Shown: positions 12,801 to 22,935 of the stretch, piece by piece
How positions within the stretch are numbered: position 1 is the first letter of the stretch
How the letters are laid out: each line of letters starts with the position of its first letter
From: Bugula neritina
Taxonomy: Eukaryota; Animalia; Bryozoa
Length of the DNA: 64,000 nt
Direction: 5' to 3'
Assembly: GCA_964035545.1 (NCBI GenBank)
Contig: OZ037767.1
Span: 6,898,707-6,962,706 of the forward strand
Position numbers and translations under genes: made by a program
Notes under the pieces: generated by a model
The model's database searches: none
Told to the model about the DNA's origin: nothing
What the model saw: the letters and a program-made list of their open reading frames with translations, nothing else

Positions 12801-14358
12801 GTATTGGCCGCAAATGGAGCGTGACGTCCGGCTCAGAGTCAAACAGTGTGAGATCTGCCAGGCCAGTAAGCATAGCCGCCCCCCTGGTGAAGCAGGACGG
12901 CGGAGGCTATACGCTGGTAGACCCTGGCAAGTAGTCGCTGTAGACCTGGTCGGACCCATGCCCCTGACCCCCAGAGGCAATAATTGGATCCTAGTACTAA
13001 CCGACCACTTTACTAGGTGGGCGGATGCTCTGGCTATCCCAGATGCATCAGCCCCAACAGTGGCCAGGGCACTAGACCAACATGTATTCTGTTATTTTGG
13101 GCTCCCCGAACAGATACACTCTGATCAAGGCGCTCAATTCCAGTCTCAACTGATGAGCGACCTTTGCCGCCTCTGGGGAGTAAATCAGAGCAGGACCACC
13201 CCCTACCACCCTCAAGGTAACGGGGTGGTGGAGCGCAACAACCGGATGCTAGGTGATGCGCTCCGGAGTCTCCTCCTTGGACGAGGTCAAGAGGAATGGG
13301 ATACGGTGTTGCCGCAAGTCATGCGTGCATACCGTAGCACCCCACACACCAGTACTGGTGAGACCCCAAACCTCTTGATGCTCGGGAGAGAGACTCGTGT
13401 CCCCGACCATCTCACCTATCACGTTCCAGAGCAAGATAACTCAGTCCACGAGTATGCCAGTGAACTAGTGGAACGGATGAAGGCCGCACACGATATACTG
13501 CGCCAACAGCAGTGGAAGGTGCGGCACGAAGATTCCGATGAACCACCCCTCTATCAAAGGGGAGATAAGGTGTGGATGGTCAATTACCGTAGGCGCCGCG
13601 GACAGGCTGATAAGCTGAAGCCTAAGTTCGTAGGCCCCTACGTGGTTGTCGAGGCTATGCCCAATCATACGTACAAGATTGAGCGCTCAGGACAGGTATC
13701 TATCCAGAATGAGTCTCGCTTGAAACCGTATTGGGCTAGCCCCGGCGGAGTGGGAGAAGCCCCCCCGTTGTTAGAGCCCAGGAGGCAGACAACAACGCGC
13801 GGGCGACGGCGGCATGGACCTGAATACGAAGTGGTCATACCGCGGGAAGAAAACTTGGTGAGAGAGGAGCGGCAGCTTCTACCAACAGAAGCGTGTCCGC
13901 CACCGCCAAGTCTAATTCCATCACTTCCAGAAACCGAGCCGGTTCCGGAAGTGCAAACCCCCACGGAGGGAGGGGCTCCATCCGGAGAACAAGAAGAGGT
14001 GACCGCTAACGGTGAAGTAGAGACGCCATTAGAGGCCCCTACTAACGAACCGGCAAGCGTGTCACCCCCCCTAGAAAGGGGACAGCGTACGAGGCAACCC
14101 CCCGCATACTTGAAGGACTTCATATGCGACTGCGTTAAAAGCGGCGTGTATGAAAGTCTAGGGGAAAACCGTACGAGAAAAGTATCGAGCAAATGTGGGA
14201 GTTGTCAACACCACGGAAATATCAACTTTTGTATCGGCGGAGATAGAAACAAAATTCATCCGCCGGGTGCACAAAGTCTTAATCACCCACCCCAACCACG
14301 TTGCTCGATCTTTTCATACGCTGATGCAGTCAAGAGTAGACGTGTTCCTAAGCAGTAG
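9727..14358 (+). CDS. pol: Pol polyprotein (aspartic protease, RT, RNase H, integrase), probably expressed as Gag-Pol by -1 frameshift
   Basis: LIDSGC protease; WRFCVDYRKLN, LPFGL and YLDD RT motifs; DTDAS RNase H; H-H-C-C plus VAVDL/HSDQG/VVER integrase. The ORF-track start is a non-ATG codon overlapping gag in the -1 frame. Confidence 0.97.
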   Translation: MLGVRKSRTFPPLLSLPKPGVKLPRPADVPTFRGPTMKPPGKKKRRSPRRVPRTGNQQWQQPRRTSKGLRPAAAFSMPLHNRFTGLQVQESGWEHTKVAENLASAPPRPTYHRPKRPPSRPKAREVLPARVRPEGRVQVQPHGNSYFLPGKLEGKAVTFLIDSGCTTNLLSRQLFDTLSARVRGEMEAYEGEYGTLADGSCLPFYGIIELTGQVRDQTIQETFIVSQLKEDAILGMPFLKRHGCHIDFSRSAMMMSGRELACVDKFGRPLVGGVQVVRNRIIPGRSRATIHCRVNSSRISGLGVVEGAHEKIQLASSLNQLTEQGEILVQCVNPFTEPIKLPAGSMLGRFHSVQEGDVGPSLGDATEALPQCPIQGRGAVPTHLRELYETASGGCASNRERQAMAKLLRDYGDVFSSGEHDVGLTGIVRHEIPLTAGTVPVRQPTRRLGPEKEKEVSRQVRDLLDRGLIEPAHSAWSSPVVLVRKKDGSWRFCVDYRKLNSVIIQDAYPLPRIDESLDALAGSKYFSTLDLLSGYWQVPLSPDAQEKAAFITRDGLWKWKVLPFGLTSAPATFQRLMEQVLSGLHWKTLLVYLDDVIVISPDFETHVSRLQEVFERLRGAGLKLKPSKCALLQPEVKYLGHVVGRNGVATDPEKVRAVEDWVTPQDLTGLRAFLGLVGYYRQYIPDFAGIAQPLNRLTAKGVTWQWTPVEQEAFDRLKGCLLTAPILAYPDPTLEYILDTDASDQNVGAVLSQVQEGREVVVAYYSKSLSPAERNYCTTRKELLAVIKSVKHFRPYLYGRKFRLRTDHASLIWLCRRAEPSSQVARWLEILAEFSYRIEHRPGKRHSNADGLSRRPDRGCKQCLNIERRDGGPPRCELEMLAHHGAPFDWDQGQLRQRVDESPEDVQNLRANPVLAGNVRELKKLQEELPGVVADIYRAKREGRRPSEERIRQGCAEFRLYCQRWDSLRIGQDGLLTISLAASGRHPERKRVVCPTAIRRELIWDTHKQAHAGVKRVISKLRLRWYWPQMERDVRLRVKQCEICQASKHSRPPGEAGRRRLYAGRPWQVVAVDLVGPMPLTPRGNNWILVLTDHFTRWADALAIPDASAPTVARALDQHVFCYFGLPEQIHSDQGAQFQSQLMSDLCRLWGVNQSRTTPYHPQGNGVVERNNRMLGDALRSLLLGRGQEEWDTVLPQVMRAYRSTPHTSTGETPNLLMLGRETRVPDHLTYHVPEQDNSVHEYASELVERMKAAHDILRQQQWKVRHEDSDEPPLYQRGDKVWMVNYRRRRGQADKLKPKFVGPYVVVEAMPNHTYKIERSGQVSIQNESRLKPYWASPGGVGEAPPLLEPRRQTTTRGRRRHGPEYEVVIPREENLVREERQLLPTEACPPPPSLIPSLPETEPVPEVQTPTEGGAPSGEQEEVTANGEVETPLEAPTNEPASVSPPLERGQRTRQPPAYLKDFICDCVKSGVYESLGENRTRKVSSKCGSCQHHGNINFCIGGDRNKIHPPGAQSLNHPPQPRCSIFSYADAVKSRRVPKQ
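9787..9831 (+). promoter_or_regulatory. Putative -1 ribosomal frameshift signal
   Basis: G_TTA_AAC (9787-9793) in gag frame, a 5-nt spacer, then an 8-bp stem CGGCCTGC (9799-9806) / GCGGGCCG (9824-9831, one G-U pair). Confidence 0.7.
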
Positions 14359-14382
14359 TTCAAACCATTTCACACATTCAGT

Positions 14383-15460
14383 ATGTCTTACGACAACAGA
14401 TCGTGGGGTGAGTTAACTATATCTTAATACGAAACTAGATTGCATCGCTCAGCTCTGACTCACTGAGTCAATCGAGCTGGAGATAGGTTAGTGAAATACC
14501 GTAGTAAGAACTCAGTTTGACTTAGAGATTTTTATAATCTCATTGCAATACGTGTTCTATCTGACTATTCACTACCATAAATCTCTACGAGGTAACTGAA
14601 TTAGGAGTTGCCAAGCTATTCAAGCTGACAACACGGCAGTGTACTGTATTAACACTGTTGAAACTTTTTCAGATTACACTCGACCCGCTACAACCAGGGT
14701 ACGGGATAGAACACTTCCCGCTCCGTATCCGGAGGAGTATGCCAGTGGTGACCGGCCTGAGCCACTACGCCGCCGTTGGCGGTGGGTGTCTCCACAAACA
14801 GAGGAAGAAATAGAGACGGCCTGGGGGTCCAGAGGACGGACGAGATGCCAGATCTGTGGTGAAGATTGCGCCTCTCACCGCTCCCTTAAACTACACGTCA
14901 ATGCTCATCTCCTACTGACATTCTGCCCCTGCGGGTACAATGATGTGTATCCCTACCCCGTCACCAGACACAGAGCGGCGGGCTGTTTCCCTGGAGAAAA
15001 CTACGTGGTCGACGCTAAGCTATACCTGGAGTTCCTCACACTTATACGACCTCTGGTGAAGAAGGCCATGCTGTTAGCCGTTCTGTCCTCGGGGTTCCAA
15101 CGTGTGTTAGACAACGCCCGCCAACAATCCCCGTTGGTGTCTGACCGCCCTCAAATTACATACACCCCCGAGGAAATTACATATCCAGAAGAAGGAGAGA
15201 TCTCCCCTACCCCGACGAAGAGACGAACCAGGTCCCCCAGTCCACCCTTGCGCCGCAGACGGACACCGTCCCCAGACCCAGTACGCCTAGCCACAGTAGA
15301 AGAACGCCTTCTGCGATTACAAGAAGAATTCACCCAGCTGGCACCAGATCTACTTAACACTACAACAGGACTCTTCCAGCTGAAGGGATCCGTATGCCGT
15401 ATGAAACGGAAACTGCGTACATGCCAAGCCAAGCACCGGCGTGCCCAACAAGGACTCTAG
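14383..15460 (+). CDS. Third Gypsy ORF, predicted two-exon gene (14383-14407 + 14673-15460, ~270 aa): C2H2-like zinc finger(s), RS/SP basic tract, C-terminal coiled coil
   Basis: ATG TCT TAC GAC AAC AGA TCG TGG G|GTGAGT donor joins in phase to the TTTTTCAG|AT acceptor, giving MSYDNRSWDYTRP...; CQICGEDCASHRSLKLHVNAH; RRTRSPSPPLRRRRTPSP; heptad-like LATVEERLLRLQEEFTQL. Confidence 0.72.
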
Positions 15461-15747
15461 TTGACTACCCGGAGTACTCCAACTCCGCCTCTTGGGAGAA
15501 GCCAAGAGGTCATGTAAATGTTTGACTGCTTAACAGGTTATCCCCTGTCTAACACCACAGCTAGCTAGTATTCCTCGTCTATCTACAGCTGGCCAATTGT
15601 ATGCAACGGATCGTTACGATGACTCTGTATTATTATTATGTCTCTTCCTGTATATTATGTGTTATTTTTGTCCACTGATGTATGTAGTTATTAATGAATG
15701 TTTTTTTTATATATATCAGAAAGATGGCTTTCTGCTGGTGGGGGCGG

Positions 15748-16052
15748 TGTGGTGGTTCGTGGAACTACCAGCAGCACAACATGTAGGGTCGCGTAATTGA
15801 CCCGGAACAATGAATAGCCAATTAGCGTAGTTGATAGTTAGCAGCAATTGTAGTTTCCCGCTGCTAACTCAGTCGAAGCTAGAGTGTGAAATAGATTAGA
15901 TGTGTAACTTGTTTGGAAATAATGTATCGTTTTTGTAATGTATAATTGTGTGTAAAATATACTCGTTCACTCGACTTATCCTGGTGCAGTTCTATAGTAA
16001 ATAAATAGACTCTCTGGATAGCACATCAACCCCAAATCTGAAAATTATAACA
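15748..16052 (+). repeat. 3' LTR of Gypsy element
   Basis: Direct copy of 8549-8853, immediately preceded by the G-rich tract GGTGGGGGCGG (15737-15747, putative PPT). Confidence 0.97.
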
Positions 16053-19000
16053 ATATAAAAAAACAAGATTATCTCCCTTATAAATTTATATAATTTTGAA
16101 ATAACTGCCACTCTTTATACTTTATGTCATGCATAGAGTTTAACGCAACGTCATAACATTTGAATTTTCATCATTCATTGTTACTCTGAAAATGGGGGCA
16201 GTGGTGCTCGAAATATTAGTCAATTACTTTGCTTAATAAAGTAGGTAGTAAAATCACAATTTTTTTGGTATACTTATTCATATATACATAACTATAAGTA
16301 GGCAACAGTGGTGTTTGAAAGATACTATAAGTTTAAGTTATTTACCTTAATCTAAATCTTTAACGATTAATTTATAGGCCTATTCAGTATTCATGTGCGT
16401 AGATAGTTGCAAAAAAGTTGGTTGACATTCGTATTACGTAAAATTTCATTCGCAAATAGAATTTATATTTTACTTACTTAGAAAAGATTAATAGTTGTAC
16501 AGTCACCGGTCTCGATCATCAGCTGATAGAAACTGGTACCAGAGACTTTACCAGGATGTACAGTTGTACAGATGTGAGGTGAGGTTCTGCAGTCACAGAC
16601 TTTTTCATCTTTAATTTTACTTTTTCTTTTGAATATTTGACTATTGGCAGCAGAGGTGCAGAGACAGTATCCTTGCATGTGTATACTTTAAACTCTACAT
16701 GTGTAATCATCATATTAATCTACTTTCTATGAAACCTTTTCCTATTAGCCTGGGATCTAGTTTTCTTCTTTCTTTGAAGTTTGTCTAATTCCTTCCTGAC
16801 AAAAGTTGTTTTGCTGAAACTTAATTGGAAGGCTTGGCTATTAGTTTTTTCTGCTTGTATATTTCAACCCTGATAGTTTTTGCTGCATGTCTGGTGTTGT
16901 GAGACCCTCAACTTAGACATTTTTTTTTATTGTTTGAACATTTTTATTTTAACTCAAAACATATGTTACATGAAATGTATTTTTAAAAATTGCATTTAAG
17001 CAATTTAAAAACTGTTTGTGTGTTTCCATTCTGAGTAGGTGTTGAAAATGCTTGATTGCCAGTCTCGTGTGTCTCAGCTCCTTACCATCTACGTCTTGCA
17101 TGTTGCTTTATTGTCATAAACAAAAGCCATATTTAAATATTTTATTTTCTTAAGAAATTTATATTAACTACACTTGCATAGTTATAATTGCTTAAAAACC
17201 AGTTTTTTATAGTGTGTAGGAGTTTATGTTTATGTGAAATATACAAATTTAATGTTACTCGCTGAAGCTGAAGTAAAAAACTAAAAACTACACTATTACT
17301 ATATTAGATTAACAATTATCAATTTTGCTTTAATTACTACAAACAATTAGAAACTATATTATAGGTATTGTAATTTTACAATACATCCCAGCATCATGAG
17401 CTAGGTGACAAAAACCAGGAAATAATTCTTATCTATTCCTATTGAAAGGGTCGCTAAGTTGAGGCAACTGCTCAATTCCACTTCTAGCTTTGTTGTTTTT
17501 GCTTTAGACTTTAAAGTACATTTGACTCACTGAGACTTTTAGTGGCTCTTAACTTGTTCTGAAAATAACATATATGATTATTACTATAGACAAGTCAAAC
17601 ACTATACTATAAGGTAGAGCAGGCAAAGAAAATAATTTTATTTTATTTTCAAATTTGATCCCTCTTTTAAACATGATTTTAGTAGTAAAAAATCTACAGG
17701 TATATTGTACAGTATATGCTGTTAAGTTACTTCTGCTTTCATGCATGCATAATAGTATATTAGTGCCACAGAAGCACACAAAAGGCCAACATTTTCAAAA
17801 ATGTTAGTGTGATTTTTTTTAAAAAGCTGTATATCTGTAGCAACCAACTACATAACTATAAGTTTATAACTAGAATCTAATTGAATAAAGCCCAAAAAAG
17901 TTTAGAGTTTTTAAAATAGTTCAATAAAACTGCATGGTTATAAGAATATTGTCAAAACTCTACATGTGTAATCATCATATTTTCCCTTGTATTCTTTTAC
18001 TTTATGTATATATATAATGATGAAATAAACAAACAAACAAACAAACATAGATCACTCCATTCCATTTTACTCCAGAATGTTTTAGTTTATTGAGTTTGCA
18101 TGTTCTTTCTATTGGTTTAATATGTCTGGTTAGTTTTTAGTCTGCTCTTGTAGAGCTTATCTCTGTATGAACAGCTTTACCCTGGGCCGCTCTTTGTTAA
18201 AAAAAGTCATCTAGATTAGTTGAGTCTGAATTGGTAGCACATGTAGGGTTTGGTTATCAGCTGATTCTGCTAAATGCCTGTCACTCTTGAAGTTTACACT
18301 ATCTAATGTTTTGTATTCATTCATGTTTTGAACTGTTGAGTAGGCTGGGCTTGTAGCTAAAATTAACACATTACTTTCGTGGAGCATATCTTTGTATATA
18401 GAGCGGCTCACTTTGTGCAGTTCTTTGTTGTAAAAACTCATCAAAGTTGTAGTGTTGTAAATCGTTCTCTGTAGAGTTGGCAGAAGACTAGCTGATCTTA
18501 CTCTTCTAGGTATTTGGAATTGGGCATCATCTGGTGTTTTCAGATCATTATGGTTTTGGACTGCATGTTGAGTAGTCTGAGCTCATGGCTAAAATTAAAC
18601 ACGCTACTTTAATTCTCAACTTTCTTTTAATTTTTTCATTCAAAACAAAACAGATGTTTTAAAGAGTTAAAATAATACTACAAATATGCCATGTTGCAAG
18701 TTTCTCTTCTGCATAAAATGTTTGCATGTTCTTTGATTATGACAATAGGTTTACACTTATGAAGCTTGTTTTTGTATAGAGTCTAGAGATTTATACACAT
18801 ACACTAGCTGTTCCAGCTTCTGCTGAAGAATTAAATTTAAGTTTATTGTAATCTAGCTTTGCTTTTTGTTTTTGTCTTTTCTCTTTTTTTCCCTTTGAAA
18901 GTGCTTTGCTGGTTGAGAAAATTTAATGTTTTTTTCCCATTTATTTTAGTTATTTTCTGAGAGGTCTCTTCTTGTTAGTTAAACCTGAATCAGTGAAACT

Positions 19001-19984
19001 TGATTTGTAGTGTCACTTAGAAACGTGGCTGATTTTTTTTTCTAAAAGTTCATCGTTCTGAGAGTTTTTGTTTTATGGAATGCTTTGGTCTATAATTTAG
19101 CTGACTGTTTGGGCATATCAAAGTATATTGTGTACAATGTATTGTTTATATGTCATTAATTGATTAAACAACTCCGTTGACTAAATTTGGTTTACATATT
19201 TCACTAATCTTGTTGGTTGATTACCAAGTATAATCTTCTATGTTTGATCAATAGCATCATATGTCTAGCTAGTTTTAGGAGCAAAGAAATAGTTTTCTGG
19301 TTTAAAAAGAATTCAGCGAAACCTGCATGAAGCTTGCATGCATCAGTTTTAGTTGGGTTTTAAAGGTTTGAATAGATTTTTTATCTGCATGATAAGGTTT
19401 TAGGGTTAATCTAGTCTTCTGAAGACTTTTTTGCTAGTTATGCCACAATAACCAAAGATCAGATGATTATTTGATGCAAGCCACTTAGAAGTGTTTTGTG
19501 CAGGTTCCGAGGCTCAGATTTTTTTGTGATTGAGTCAATCTTCCCTTTTCTCAAAGATTTTTCAATAAAAAATAGTCAACTCTTATGTAAACTTATTAAG
19601 GCAAATGTTATAACAAATATATATATAATTTTGATAGTGCTATTGAGCCTCTATATAGTGGTAGTTTGAAAATAAATTGGTTAAAATATGTCTATGAAGC
19701 TTGTTAAGTATCCACTTACCAATTCAACTGGAGGTTATCTACAACAGCATTTCCCTGAGACACTGTCTTTACTATCACAGAGAGGCAATAACTCCACCAC
19801 ACCACAAGGTTAGAAATTATAGAGTAAATATTAAAATTTATTTCCCATAGACATGCTGAAATGTGTGCATTATATGAAAACATATAGCTCTGTTGCAACT
19901 CAAGTTTTTCAATAATTTTTATTTAACTATAAGTCTTGTAAATAAGAGATTGTGTTGTAGCCTATTATAGGACAATATCCCACT

Positions 19985-20555
19985 GCAGATTTTTCAATGG
20001 AAGAGAAATTTAATAAGAATCTGTCACCCCGGAGAACGAAATCCTTATTACTACTAAGCAACCAGCTACCCTCAACCTTCTAAATCATTCATTATATTCT
20101 TTTAGGAGAAAGTTGGACTGCATTTCTCTATGCGGCAGAAATTTGTCACAGCGGAGAACTGAACCTTGACTACTGTTTAACGGTTTAACCCACCATCTAC
20201 CCTGCAGATATTATAAGAGTATGTCAGGTAGATGTGAAGTTCTCCGTCAAGGTGGCTGCAATCAGAATGATAATCAGTTCGAGTGAGTTTGTAACATTTG
20301 AGTAGTTTATAATTCATAAGAAGCATTAGTTTCAATATGAAACTTTTTCTTATTGTAACATTAACTCATGATTGTGACTTTTATTTATAGTTATTGTTTC
20401 CTGAATGCAAAAAAGCTTTGTTTTTCAAGTAATTTAAAATGTACTACATCAATGTATTGGTTATCTTGATACTATGGATATTGTAAACTAATCATATGTC
20501 TGTTTATTAACATAGAACACAAGAGTGAAAATTGACCTGCATGTGTACCTGTGAC
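19985..20555 (+). pseudogene. Kunitz gene remnant, convergent to the intact gene
   Basis: 177-nt AG/GT-bounded pseudo-exon 20106-20282 (DCISLC...RYYKSMSGRCEVLRQGGCNQNDNQFE) with an in-frame stop; partial upstream copy ~20015-20072; terminal-exon remnant ~20516-20550 (TQE*KLTC). Confidence 0.7.
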
Positions 20556-21287
20556 ATATCATGAGCTGAAGTGGTCAAGGTCATATGTTAATATTACAAG
20601 TTTATTATGTTATATGGTGTGCTGTGTGACATATGATATGCATGTTTATATTATGATACCTCAGAGTAAATAATTATTTATTATTGTTTCATTTAAAATG
20701 TATAAGTATATGTGCCATTATTTGCAAAGGCAAACAAAATAAATGAAATGATTTCTAAACATAATTAACGCCATTAAATGCTTCACATTACATACTGATA
20801 ACTAGTTCTCGGTCTCTTATCTTCTTGGTAAATATTTCAGTTAAATCAGAAACATTTACATTCGATAAACCTTCCTTCTTTTTATCGATTGGTGGTGGTG
20901 CATAAACAGTGCTATGCTTTTCCTAGTGAAGAAGGCAATCATGTCTTTAACTTTACTAGAACCAGCAGCTGAGGGGTTATAGTAGTATTTGATAGAGAAG
21001 TGAACATTATATGTATGTAGCATGTGCTAAAGCTGTCATCAATTCACTTTGTTGTGTTTTGTGCAATATGCTATTTATAATAAAGCTTTTTATCCTTGCA
21101 TGTTTTACTGCTAGCATCGTGCTATTTTGTTGTTACATAATGAGATGTTTTTTAGAATATTCATTGCATAGACTTAGCAGCATTTACATTATTCTGAGTC
21201 ACAAGATGATTCAGGAAAATTTTTGTTTTTGTTAGTGATATTGTTGGCAAATAAATTTTAATGAATATATCATATTATCTTTATTAA

Positions 21288-21396
<109 letters not shown>

Positions 21397-22935
21397 TATA
21401 ATCTATATATATATATATATAAAATATATATATATATATAATACACTTTAAAACACATCTCTGCTTGAATGAGCTTCTCCAAATCTACACAAAGATTGCT
21501 AGCATTTTGCAACTATAAATTAATGACTACCAACTTGTTTATTGTTGACTGATAATCAACATGGCAGCAACTTGCAGAGTTATTAAATGCTTTATTTTAA
21601 AAAAACAAAATAAAAGCAATTGCCGTCAAAGTTACCTTGCATGCACAGCATTATACATCTATCACTCCTTCTCAACATGATATGTATTGTGATTACAGAA
21701 TCAATTGCTCCCCGTCTCCATTACACAGGTTTTTCAGCTCAAATTAAATTTATATGTTGGATAAACGAATACATAAAATCCAACTACTGCAAAATTTATA
21801 ATCCTTGGTTATAATGCCATTTGTCAGCATAGTTCCCTCGAACAGAATTTTAGAGTTATTCTCTCTCCTAGACTAGTATTTACTAGTTACTGCTGTGTGA
21901 TACTCTCAAAGATTAGTCTACAATATTTGATAATGAATATGGAGTCACATGCAATTTCCCTTTTTAGTTATCTAGCAAGAATAGGGAGAGAGTATATCTT
22001 CACCACCATTTCTTGGTATACCAATTACTTGTGAACCTAGGATAGAGAGTTATTCTCTCCTTGCTACATTAGTTTTCTAGCTTAATTTTAATTTCATGTT
22101 GGAGATCAAATAAATCCTGTACATTATATAACTCGTGTGAGTGTGTTAAGTTAGGTTATATAAGCCTATATAGCCATAGAGAAATAGTAAACATAATCAA
22201 CATAATAATATTATTATGTAGAAATTAGAACTCATATATTTAACATCATATATATAATAAAAAGGGTGATGTCATTACATAATATAAATGTTATTGAAAA
22301 CATATTGCATAATGTAGATGAAGCTTGCAGAGTTTAAAGTAGTCTGTTTTAAACATTATGCAATTGTTAGATTGAAACTATTATAATGCAATACTGGAGA
22401 GCTAATTTATAAATTTTCATCAGTACCAGAGCTTTTCACATGCTTTTTGTGTAAATGGAAGTTGTTTGAGTCTATATAAAGTTTTAAAAGCAGCTTTCAG
22501 CCATTGAATTGAATGTGTAGAGAAAGATGAGATCTATCTATATTCTATGCTAACTATTTATGGGTACAGTACTGAGAAAATTTTAGTATGTTTGTTCTTT
22601 ATTATTTTAAGTAAATTTTGGCTTGAGGTGGATTAAAATTCTCAACAAAAAGCGCTAAATTTCTAATCTAAAGCTTAGGCTTTTCTCCATCTTTCCACTG
22701 CAAAGCCTACCTCAAAATGTTTGTCACTAGCTGTTAGCCAGTTTTATTGTAAAGACATGAAAAGACAGGTGCTTTGTTCAAGCATTATTTGAAATTTATT
22801 TAAGAGTGAAAATGAAATATATTCACTGTACATTACACCTTTTATTATATAAACAGAGTATAAATTTGATAGTTTTATAAGTAATCCCCAGAGCTTTAGT
22901 TTCTGGTGGAAGTTCTTCTCCAGAGATGTAGCAGC

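Larger units (their letters stand above)
8549..16052 (+). mobile_element. Full-length Ty3/Gypsy LTR retrotransposon
   Basis: Two 305-bp TG...CA direct repeats; ATAT target-site duplication (8545-8548 and 16053-16056); PBS, PPT, intact gag, and pol in PR-RT-RH-IN order. Confidence 0.98.

Noticed and set aside
9023-15432. Antisense and alternative-frame ORFs within the Gypsy element
   Set aside because: Expected shadows of GC-rich coding sequence; no motifs.
14639-15460. ORF3 as an env gene
   Set aside because: No signal peptide or transmembrane anchor; it has zinc-finger and basic nuclear-type features instead.
16400-19600. Possible decayed minus-strand gene and short direct repeats (16690/17954, 18334/18567)
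   Set aside because: No sustained frame or recognisable domain; the repeats are short and uninformative.
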